Assembly: GCA_934120395.1 (NCBI GenBank) | Contig: CAKOTZ010000006.1 | Coordinates: 16,914-80,913 of the forward strand | Length of the DNA: 64,000 bases | Origin: an uncultured Clostridia bacterium | Lineage (GTDB): Bacteria > Bacillota > Clostridia > TANB77 > CAG-508 | Reading direction: 5' to 3' | Part shown: positions 28,815 to 36,593 of the stretch, one piece after another | Layout: each line of letters starts with the position of its first letter | Numbering within the stretch: position 1 is the first letter of the stretch | Notes under the pieces: generated by a model | The model's input: only the letters and a program-made list of their open reading frames with translations | What the model was told of the DNA's origin: nothing | Database searches by the model: none | Program-made: the position numbers and the translations under genes

Positions 28815-30023
28815 ATTATATTGCTAATATTAGCAGGAGTGAGTTTGTCAATGGTGCTAGGAGAAAATGGTTTAATTAACAAGGCACAGTCAAGTGTAAA
28901 CAAATACAAAGAGAGTAGCGAAAATGAACAAAAGCTATTAAATAGTATAGAAAATTATATGGATTTACAACTAAAATTACCAGGAGAAAAAGTAGATTTA
29001 CCAGATGGATGGAATAAAGATACAGTAGATGCAGTATTAGATGATAAGAAAAACACAATACCAGTACCAAAGAACTTCTATTATGTAGGAGGGAATTTAG
29101 ATAATGGAGTAATTATATCGGACAATTCAGCTGATGCCTATGATGGAAAAGTAGACAAAACAACATGGGAATATACAACAAGCTTAGTAGGCAACCAATT
29201 TGTATGGATACCATGCACAGAATCTGAATATCATAAGACAGAATGGGAAAGTCAAAGTCAATATGTTTATGGTGTATACGATAAATCGGGACCAAGTCAA
29301 GATGAAATAGATAAAGTTAAAAAATATAATGGTTTTTATGTAGGAAGATATGAAGCAGGGTTAGCAGACACAATAAAAGAATATACAGGAAATCAATTAA
29401 GCGATGGTTCAAATAGTCCAGGATATAATGTAGCAGGAATACCAAAGTCAAAGGCAGGAGAATTACCATGGATATTTATTAACCAAACAAATAGTAAAGC
29501 AAATGCAGAAAAAATGTATGAAAAAAATACTTGTGTAACAAGTGGACTAGTAACAGGAACACAATGGGACGTAATGTTAAACAAATTTATTGGAACAACA
29601 AATGCTAATAGAGTAACTTTTACAGAAGCAGACATGAAAAATTCAAGTAAATGGGGAAATTGTTATAATAATGACTTGATATATACAGGAAGGTCAGCAA
29701 CATTATTTAAGAATGGAAGTAGTGAGTATATAAGCCCATGGGGAGAAAAACAAATAAATGCGGAAACAAAAACAAATACATGTACCGAATATACAACTGG
29801 TGCCAGTAAGTCTACAGAAGCATATCATATTTATGATGTAGCAGGGAATGTATGGGAATGGACGGAGGAGGTCGGACAAGGCACTGCATATCGCGTCATT
29901 CGTGGTGGTTCTTGTGGGAATGATCAAGATACTAGTCCAGCGTGTTGGCGTTATTCTACTCTCAAAGATTATGAGGTGTACTATCACATCGGATTTCGTA
30001 CTGTATTGTATATAAAAAATTAG
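28761..30023 (+). CDS. pilin-like N-terminus plus FGE/C-type-lectin-fold protein (DGR-target paralog with diverged VR)
   Basis: 420 aa. N-terminus NKAITLIALIITIIILLILAGVSLSM. C-terminus YDVAGNVWEWTEE...RVIRGGSC...HIGFRTVLY. Confidence 0.8.
   Translation: MNLKSNKAITLIALIITIIILLILAGVSLSMVLGENGLINKAQSSVNKYKESSENEQKLLNSIENYMDLQLKLPGEKVDLPDGWNKDTVDAVLDDKKNTIPVPKNFYYVGGNLDNGVIISDNSADAYDGKVDKTTWEYTTSLVGNQFVWIPCTESEYHKTEWESQSQYVYGVYDKSGPSQDEIDKVKKYNGFYVGRYEAGLADTIKEYTGNQLSDGSNSPGYNVAGIPKSKAGELPWIFINQTNSKANAEKMYEKNTCVTSGLVTGTQWDVMLNKFIGTTNANRVTFTEADMKNSSKWGNCYNNDLIYTGRSATLFKNGSSEYISPWGEKQINAETKTNTCTEYTTGASKSTEAYHIYDVAGNVWEWTEEVGQGTAYRVIRGGSCGNDQDTSPACWRYSTLKDYEVYYHIGFRTVLYIKN
29893..30007 (+). other. 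VR-like segment not matching the local TR by adenine-only changes
   Basis: Aligns ungapped to the TR over 115 nt but differs at many C/G/T positions. Confidence 0.7.
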
Positions 30024-30148
30024 TAAATATTTCCTTCAAACACTAGACAAAATAAAAAAGTTAATATAAAATAAACACAAATATAATGTCATATAGTAGC
30101 ATAATATAGAATAATTAGGAAAATTCAAAAGAGAAGAGGAGAAAAAAC

Positions 30149-31414
30149 ATGAACAACAAATCAGCAAAGGGTATAACCCTTGTTGCCCTAATTATTACTA
30201 TAATCATTCTACTTATTTTGGCTGGAGTAAGTTTGTCAATGATATTAGGAGACAATGGGCTAATAAAAAAAGCACAAGCTAGTGTTGATGCATACCAACA
30301 AGCGGCATTAAATGAACAAAATTTACTAGATAGCATAGAAAGCTATATGGGAAATTACGGTTTACCAGAAAACACACCAACCACACCTGCAGGAACACAC
30401 GTAAAACCACCAGCAAAATGGTTAGGAACAATTGTAGATGCAGTGGCAGATGGAAAAGGCAACACATTTCCAGTGCCAAAAAGTTTTTACTACGTGGGTG
30501 GAGATTACACAAACGGAGTAATCATATCAGACGACCCAGCAGATGCATACGATGGAACAACAGATAAAACAACATGGGAATATACAACAAGTTTAGTAGG
30601 AAACCAATTTGTATGGATACCATGTACACCAGCAGAATATATAAAAACAAGTTGGGGCATGGTATATGGAGGCTATGATGCAGAAAGCGGAGCAGGAGCT
30701 GAAATGATGCAAGTAGCCAAATATGGAGGATTCTATGTAGGAAGATATGAAGCCGGCTTAGCAGACACAATAGCAGAATATACAGGAAATCAAATATCTT
30801 CTAGTTCAATTTATAATCTAGCAGGAATACCAAAATCAAAGGCAGGAGAATTACCATGGATATTTATCAGCCAAACAAATAGTAAGAAAAGTGCAGAAAA
30901 CATGTACAATACAGACGAAAAACATTCAGACTATGTAACAAGTGGACTAATAACAGGAACACAATGGGATGTAATGTTAAACAGATTTATTGGAACAACA
31001 AATGCTAATGGAGTAACTTTTACAGAAGCAGACATGAAAAATTCAAGTAAATGGGGTAATTATGCAAGTAGTGCAACAACATATACAGGAAGATCTGCAA
31101 CTCTATTTCAAAGTGGAAGTAATTGGTATATAAGTCCATGGGGAGCAAAGCAAACAGATGCAAAAACAGCAACATATACCGAATATACAACAGGAGCAAG
31201 TAAAAAAACAGAAGCATATCACACTTATGACATAGCAGGAAATGTATGGGAGTGGACGGAAGAAGTCGGACAAGGCACTGCATATCGCGTCCTTCGTGGC
31301 GGTTCTTGCGATAATGCTTCAGGTTCTTACCCAGCCTGCTGCCGCCATGGTAACAACTCTGTTTCCTTTGTGTACTATCTCGTCGGGTTCCGTGCCGTAC
31401 TTTACATCAAGTAG
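30149..31414 (+). CDS. DGR variable protein: pilin-like N-terminus plus FGE/C-type-lectin fold
   Basis: 421 aa. N-terminus AKGITLVALIITIIILLILAGVSLSM. C-terminus YDIAGNVWEWTEE...RVLRGGSCDNASGSYPACCRHGNNSVSFVYYLVGFRAVLY. Confidence 0.88.
   Translation: MNNKSAKGITLVALIITIIILLILAGVSLSMILGDNGLIKKAQASVDAYQQAALNEQNLLDSIESYMGNYGLPENTPTTPAGTHVKPPAKWLGTIVDAVADGKGNTFPVPKSFYYVGGDYTNGVIISDDPADAYDGTTDKTTWEYTTSLVGNQFVWIPCTPAEYIKTSWGMVYGGYDAESGAGAEMMQVAKYGGFYVGRYEAGLADTIAEYTGNQISSSSIYNLAGIPKSKAGELPWIFISQTNSKKSAENMYNTDEKHSDYVTSGLITGTQWDVMLNRFIGTTNANGVTFTEADMKNSSKWGNYASSATTYTGRSATLFQSGSNWYISPWGAKQTDAKTATYTEYTTGASKKTEAYHTYDIAGNVWEWTEEVGQGTAYRVLRGGSCDNASGSYPACCRHGNNSVSFVYYLVGFRAVLYIK
31287..31401 (+). other. 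DGR variable region (VR)
   Basis: 115 nt versus the TR: 12 mismatches, all at TR adenines. Confidence 0.9.
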
Positions 31415-31525
31415 ACCTGAACGCTTGTTAGCGATGCACATTGACCTTGTTTAATGATAGAATACGAGTAGATAGTTTGAAGAGGTGACATTATACATAC
31501 GATAAAATAGTAGAGGTTTATTAGT

Positions 31526-31891
31526 ATGGCGGATAATAAAAAAGAATTGATATTAATTCCAAAGTCAGAAAAATATATTCAATATATGATTGAAGTAATT
31601 ATGAAGTTGCCTCGTACAGAGAAATTTAGTATTGGAACCGAATATAAAACAGCAATGTATAAAATGCTTGAAAATATTATGCTTTTAAGCAAGGTGCGAG
31701 CAGAGGAAAAAATAAATTACATCAATTATATAGATGCTGAACTTAATGTTCAAAGAATTTTCTTGAGAATAATGTATAAAAATCAGTGGATAGACGAGAA
31801 ACGTTTTAAAGTAGCTTCAGATTTAATATATGAATTAGGAAAATTAGTAGGAGGTCTTTTAAAATTCTATGGCCAGAACATTAAGAAATAA
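31526..31891 (+). CDS. avd: DGR accessory variability determinant (Avd-like four-helix bundle)
   Basis: 121 aa, helical and basic, immediately upstream of and overlapping the RT. Confidence 0.75.
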   Translation: MADNKKELILIPKSEKYIQYMIEVIMKLPRTEKFSIGTEYKTAMYKMLENIMLLSKVRAEEKINYINYIDAELNVQRIFLRIMYKNQWIDEKRFKVASDLIYELGKLVGGLLKFYGQNIKK

Positions 31892-32885
31892 ATTTGATGA
31901 GTATTTAACTTACGATAATCTAATGCGAGCTCATTTAGAGAGTAGGAAAAATAAGCGTTATAAAAAAGATATCATTTTGTTTGAAATTAAACAAGAAGAT
32001 TATATTAGATATTTATTGGAAGAACTAAAAAATGGTACATATAAGCATGGAGGCTATTCAATCTTTTATGTAAGAGAGCCTAAATTGAGAAAAGTAGAAA
32101 AATCAAGATATATAGATAGGGTCGTGCATAGATGGTTAGTAGATAATTTTTTCATTGATCTATATGTACCAACTTTTATATCAACAAGTTATGCTTGTTT
32201 AAAAGACAGGGGAACGCACAAAGCAGTATGTGATGTGCAAAAAGCAATGCAGCATTGCCTAAGAATATGGAATGAATACTATATATTAAAAATGGATGTT
32301 GCTAAATACTTTCAAAGCATTGATAAAAATATTTTGTTTAATATAATAAAGAAAAAAATTAAAGATAAAAAGGTACTATGGTTGGTAGAACAAATTATTT
32401 ATTCAAATAAGGGAGAAACGGGTATAGCCATAGGAAACTATACTTCACAGATATTTGCAAATTTATATTTAAATGAAGTAGATCAATATATAAAAAAAGA
32501 ATTGAAGGTTAAATATTATTTTAGGTATATGGATGATTCGATAATTCTTGTAAAAACTAAAAATGAGGCAAAATTAATATTAGAAAAAATAAGACAATTC
32601 TTAAGGGAAAATTTAAAATTAGAGTTAAACTCTAAAACTCAAATATTTAAGAATAAACAAGGTGTTAATTTTTGTGGATACAAAATTAATGAATACAGAA
32701 TGAAGGTAAGAGACAGAGGAAAGAAGAAACTTAAAAAAAAGATAAAAATATTAAAAGAAAATGTGAAAAATGGTAAAATGAGTAGTAAAGAGGCTAAGTT
32801 ATACCTGTGTGGGCATGTTGGATATATTAAATATGCAGATGTTCACAATTTAACTAGCAAGCTGTTTTATTTGCCGGAAGAATAA
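31869..32885 (+). CDS. DGR reverse transcriptase
   Basis: 338 aa with IAIGNYTSQIFANLYL (the DGR-type [I/L]GxxxSQ motif) and FRYMDDSIIL. Confidence 0.92.
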   Translation: MARTLRNKFDEYLTYDNLMRAHLESRKNKRYKKDIILFEIKQEDYIRYLLEELKNGTYKHGGYSIFYVREPKLRKVEKSRYIDRVVHRWLVDNFFIDLYVPTFISTSYACLKDRGTHKAVCDVQKAMQHCLRIWNEYYILKMDVAKYFQSIDKNILFNIIKKKIKDKKVLWLVEQIIYSNKGETGIAIGNYTSQIFANLYLNEVDQYIKKELKVKYYFRYMDDSIILVKTKNEAKLILEKIRQFLRENLKLELNSKTQIFKNKQGVNFCGYKINEYRMKVRDRGKKKLKKKIKILKENVKNGKMSSKEAKLYLCGHVGYIKYADVHNLTSKLFYLPEE

Positions 32886-32914
32886 TAATAACATAGGGAT
32901 AAATCAGATGGCGG

Positions 32915-33029
32915 GCGTCATTCGTGGCGGTTCTTGCAATAATGCTTCAGGTTCTAACCCAGCATGCTACCGCAATGGTAACAACTCTGTTTCCAATGTG
33001 AACTATAACATCGGGTTCCGTGCCGTACT
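32915..33029 (+). other. DGR template repeat (TR)
   Basis: Encodes VIRGGSCNNASGSNPACYRNGNNSVSNVNYNIGFRAVL. Rich in AAY codons. Non-coding position downstream of the RT. Confidence 0.9.
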
Positions 33030-33193
33030 CTAATATTATTCGAGATTGTGTGTTTTACGGAATGCATACAGTGAAGTATTAGATATTAAAGAGGTTTATT
33101 CCTTCCTACTTTAGGTAAAAATGAATCAATAAAACATGTATTGGTAGTAAATTTACGAAGATACGTGTTTTATGCTATATATAAGGTGAAAAT

Positions 33194-33472
33194 ATGAATA
33201 AGTGTGTAATAAGTGGAAAAGTATTAGAAGAGATAAAGTTTGATTTCATATATAATAGTAAAAAACATGTATCTATAGCGAAATGTCCTATAAAATTAAA
33301 CAATGATTCAGTATTAAACGTTTTTGGACTAGACGATGAAGCTGATTATATGTATCGACATATAAAAGCGGGAGATATTATTGTTTGCTATGGAAAAATT
33401 AGAAGAATGGATGAAAAATTAGAAGTTGAAGTAATAGAAATAGAAAAAGTAAAGTTCAAAACGAGTCTATAA
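33194..33472 (+). CDS. hypothetical protein (92 aa, beta-rich)
   Basis: ORF with a plausible start. No family recognised. Confidence 0.35.
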   Translation: MNKCVISGKVLEEIKFDFIYNSKKHVSIAKCPIKLNNDSVLNVFGLDDEADYMYRHIKAGDIIVCYGKIRRMDEKLEVEVIEIEKVKFKTSL

Positions 33473-33484
33473 TTTATTTGCCAA

Positions 33485-33892
33485 TTAATTATAAATTTCT
33501 TGTAATTGTTTTTTAATCTGGTCTAGAAACTCAAAAGATTCTTTAAAACTAATATTATTCATGTCAATGGCCATTATAGACTGAATAATATTTTGTGTTT
33601 TCATGTTGTTTAAATAATCGGAGTAATTTTCAATTTTTGAATAGTTTAAATCAATAACTTCAAAAGGAATATTAAAGTTGCTTAGCTGTTTTGTATAGTA
33701 TTCTAATCTTTTTTGAGGAAATCCACATTTAGTAACGCTGTCGTTTAAATTTGTTATTTTAAAATCAAAAAGTTCTGAAATTTTTGTGGCATCTTCGTTT
33801 AGTGCAATATAAAAAATGCCACTTTTAAATAAATATATTGTTGTATTATCCTTATTCTTTAATTTTAAGTATTCTGTATATAATTTGCTCAT
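33485..33892 (-). CDS. stand-alone MutS domain I-like protein
   Basis: 135 aa from the ATG after aggggg. LYTEYLKLKNKDNTTIYLFKSGIFYIALNEDATKISELFDFKIT...CGFP mirrors the MutS N-terminal mismatch-binding domain. Confidence 0.5.
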   Translation of the reverse strand: MSKLYTEYLKLKNKDNTTIYLFKSGIFYIALNEDATKISELFDFKITNLNDSVTKCGFPQKRLEYYTKQLSNFNIPFEVIDLNYSKIENYSDYLNNMKTQNIIQSIMAIDMNNISFKESFEFLDQIKKQLQEIYN

Positions 33893-34064
33893 ATATTTGC
33901 CCCCTATCATATATAAACTCATTTTGAATTCACCTGTTCATAATATAAGCATGCAAGAAAGCAAATACAATCGAAATTTGTCGAATAGTATAAAAATAAT
34001 GTAAATTGTTAGTAACCATTTGAATACTTAGGTAAAATTATATGTTTTAAATAGAATAAAAGGC

Positions 34065-34106
34065 TTGACAAGAGGTACAAATTTTGTATATACTAAGTAT
34101 ATACAA
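34065..34106 (+). promoter_or_regulatory. mazEF promoter with overlapping palindromic operator
   Basis: TTGACA at 34065-34070. -10 region tatatact. Inverted repeat ttgtatata (34084-34092) / tatatacaa (34098-34106). Confidence 0.5.
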
Positions 34107-34121
34107 AAAGGGGGCTAAAAT

Positions 34122-34364
34122 ATGACGACTACAATTCAAAAATGGGGAAATAGTCAAGGAGTTAGAATACCAAAAGTAATATTAGATACTGTTAATTGGA
34201 AAGAAAATGAACAAATAACAATAGTTGTCGAGAATGGGAAGGTTATAATGGAAAAGGCTAAAGGAAAAAGAAGAAATATAAAAGAATTATTTGAAAACTA
34301 TAAAGACGAATATGAACCAATTGAAGTGGATTGGGGAGAAATGAAGGGAAGAGAAGTATGGTAA
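34122..34364 (+). CDS. mazE: MazE/AbrB-fold antitoxin
   Basis: TIQKWGNSQGVRIPKVILD (SpoVT/AbrB swapped hairpin). Overlaps the toxin start (ATGGTAA). Confidence 0.8.
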   Translation: MTTTIQKWGNSQGVRIPKVILDTVNWKENEQITIVVENGKVIMEKAKGKRRNIKELFENYKDEYEPIEVDWGEMKGREVW

Positions 34365-34687
34365 AACAAGGTACAATTATAAAAATAAATTTTAATCCTC
34401 AATCAGGGCATGAACAGGCTGGATATAGACCTGCAATTGTAATAAGCAATGATATATTTAATGAAAAAACAAAATTATCAATAGTTTGTCCTATTACAAA
34501 TACTGATAATAATTTTCCATTGCATGTTTCATTAGATGAGAGAACAAAGACTACAGGCGTAATATTATGCGAACATATAAGGGCCTTAGACTTAGAAAGT
34601 AGAACATATCAAGAAGTGGAAAAAGTACCAAAGGATATTTTAAATCATGTAATAGATATTGTTTATGCAGAAATAGAAGAATTATAA
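34358..34687 (+). CDS. mazF: MazF/PemK endoribonuclease toxin
   Basis: GTIIKINFNPQSGHEQAGYRPAIVISND...CPITN...LDLESR. Confidence 0.85.
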   Translation: MVKQGTIIKINFNPQSGHEQAGYRPAIVISNDIFNEKTKLSIVCPITNTDNNFPLHVSLDERTKTTGVILCEHIRALDLESRTYQEVEKVPKDILNHVIDIVYAEIEEL

Positions 34688-34744
34688 ATAAGTTATAATA
34701 AAACTCATTTTTATGAATAAAATTCATAAAGGTGAGTTTTATTT

Positions 34745-35996
34745 ATGAAAAAAAGTTTTTGCAAATTATTAGTTATTACATTAATAGTAATATTTTTAGT
34801 CCAGATAAGTGTGTATGCAAATGAAGAAGAACATGAAAATATAGAAATACAAGAAATATGGAACGAAATAAAAGAAACTGATGCAAATATTGTAAAAGAA
34901 CCTACAATAAATTCAAAGGCAGCAGTTGTATTGGATAGAAAATCAAAAACAGTAATTTTTGATAAAAATGCAAATCAAAAAAGAGCAATGGCGTCTACAA
35001 CAAAAATTATGACTGCCATTTTAGTGCTAGAAAAAGGTAATTTAAATGATTTGATTGAGGTATCACAAAAAGCTGCAAATACAGGTGGATCAAGATTAGG
35101 GTTAAAAAAAGGAGATAAAATAACATTAAATGATTTACTTTATGGATTAATGTTACGCTCTCGGAAATGATGCGGCAGTACAAATTGCTGAGCATATTGG
35201 AGGCAGTGTAGAGGAATTTGCACAAATGATGAATCAAAAAGCAAAAGAATTAAATTTGGTAAATACGCATTTTGTAACGCCACATGGATTAGATAATACT
35301 GACCACTATACAACTCCATACGAATTAGCCATATTAACAGATTATGCACTAGAAAATAGTAAATTTGCTAAAATTGTAAATACAAATACATGCACAATAA
35401 CCATTAATAATTCTCCAATAGTTTTGAATAATACAAATGAATTATTAGGTACTTTAAATGGTGTAAATGGTGTAAAAACAGGTTTTACCAATAATGCAGG
35501 AAGATGTCTTGTAACTTCTACAACGCGAAATGGATGGCAAATTGTTGTAGTTGTATTAGGTGCAGATACTAAAAGAAATAGAACAAAAGATAGCATTAGT
35601 TTGATAGAGTATACTTTTAAAAATTATGAAATTGTAAATATAAAGGATAAGTTAAAAAGAAGTTTTAATAATGAAAAGAAAAAACAGGAAGCTTTAATAG
35701 AAATTGAAAAAGGAAAAAATGATAAAATTATATTAGAATTAGGGGAGATATCTAATACAGAATATCCTATAAAAAATAGTGAATTAAAAAATTTAACTTG
35801 CAATATAGATGTAGTTCATTACATAAAAGCACCAATTAAGGAAGGCACTGTGGTAGGAAATTTGGAAGTGATGATTGGTGATAAAAATATTTGCAATGTA
35901 AATATTCTTTGTAAGTATACTGTTGATAAGAAGGGGGTGTGGGATTATTTTTCGGATTTAGTTTGTAATATAGGGAAGTATATATTGGAAATTTAA
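34745..35996 (+). CDS. D-alanyl-D-alanine carboxypeptidase (S11 PBP5-type); frame changes +1 at CGG 35162-35164
   Basis: Signal peptide. SxxK box (ASTTKIM), SxN box restored only after the shift (LRS|GNDAAVQIAE), and KTG box (VKTGFT). Confidence 0.85.
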
Positions 35997-36000
35997 TAAG

Positions 36001-36053
36001 ATTCAAAAATACACCACTAGCTCTGTTAAAGCGTATGTGGTGTATTTTTGAAT
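36001..36053. terminator. 17-bp perfect hairpin, bidirectional terminator (PBP gene / tRNA-Cys)
   Basis: attcaaaaatacaccac ... gtggtgtatttttgaat. Confidence 0.75.
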
Positions 36054-36060
36054 GACTTAT

Positions 36061-36135
36061 TGGAGGCGCCAGTCGGAATCGAACCGACGAATCAGAGTTT
36101 TGCAGACTCGTGCCTTACCGCTTGGCTATGGCGCC
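36061..36135 (-). tRNA. tRNA-Cys (GCA)
   Basis: Reverse complement GGCGCCATAGCCAAGCGGTAAGGCACGAGTCTGCAAAACTCTGATTCGTCGGTTCGATTCCGACTGGCGCCTCCA. 7-nt anticodon loop CTGCAAA, encoded CCA. Confidence 0.9.
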
Positions 36136-36206
36136 ATTAATATAATGTATGTTAAGAACTAATAAAAGATGAATAAAAAATAAAAAATTATTCATCTTTT
36201 TTGTAG

Positions 36207-36282
36207 TGGAGCGGGAAACGGGGCTCAAACCCGCGACCTCTGCCTTGGCAAGGCAGCGCTCTATCAACTGAGCTATTCCCGC
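36207..36282 (-). tRNA. tRNA-Gly (GCC)
   Basis: Reverse complement GCGGGAATAGCTCAGTTGATAGAGCGCTGCCTTGCCAAGGCAGAGGTCGCGGGTTTGAGCCCCGTTTCCCGCTCCA. Canonical 7-nt loop TTGCCAA. Confidence 0.9.
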
Positions 36283-36495
36283 ATAAGTTATTTACAGCTA
36301 TTATAATAACAAATGTAAGCAAAAAAGTCAATGGATTTTAAAAAAATATTTACAAATCATGAGCAAAGCTTAGGGAATAAGAACTTTCAAGATAAAATTT
36401 ACATAACTTATTGAAAAATAATGTAAAATGTAATATAATTGTAATGTTAATGTAGAAAAACATCGGAATAATGCTTCCGTAATAGTACTTGTGTT

Positions 36496-36528
36496 AATTT
36501 GACAGTAACAGATAGAAACTGTCAAATT
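36496..36528 (+). promoter_or_regulatory. 11-bp perfect inverted repeat upstream of the adhesin gene
   Basis: aatttgacagt (36496-36506) / actgtcaaatt (36518-36528), with an 11-nt spacer. Confidence 0.45.
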
Positions 36529-36593
36529 ATGCTATTGACTTAAGATAAAAACATAGTAAAATAATAATAGTTTTGAATAAGGAAGGTAAGAAT

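Larger units (their letters stand above)
28761..33029 (+). mobile_element. diversity-generating retroelement (targets, avd, RT, TR)
   Basis: RT with the IGNYTSQ and YMDD motifs, an Avd-like 4-helix protein, and a 115-nt TR matching the 3' end of the upstream gene with adenine-only mismatches. Confidence 0.92.

Noticed and set aside
31242-31454. A 70-aa ORF overlapping the VR and the target-gene stop.
   Set aside because: It is out of frame with the well-supported target gene, has no RBS, and arises from the GC-rich VR sequence.
33016-33062. ttccgt ... acggaa pairing just after the TR as a DGR RNA structural element.
   Set aside because: Only 6 bp with a 35-nt loop. That is not distinguishable from chance.
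36061-36282. Whether either local tRNA (Cys-GCA, Gly-GCC) could be a quadruplet or frameshift-suppressor tRNA explaining the CGG events.
   Set aside because: Both fold with canonical 7-nt anticodon loops and normal anticodons. Any special tRNA would have to be elsewhere in the genome.
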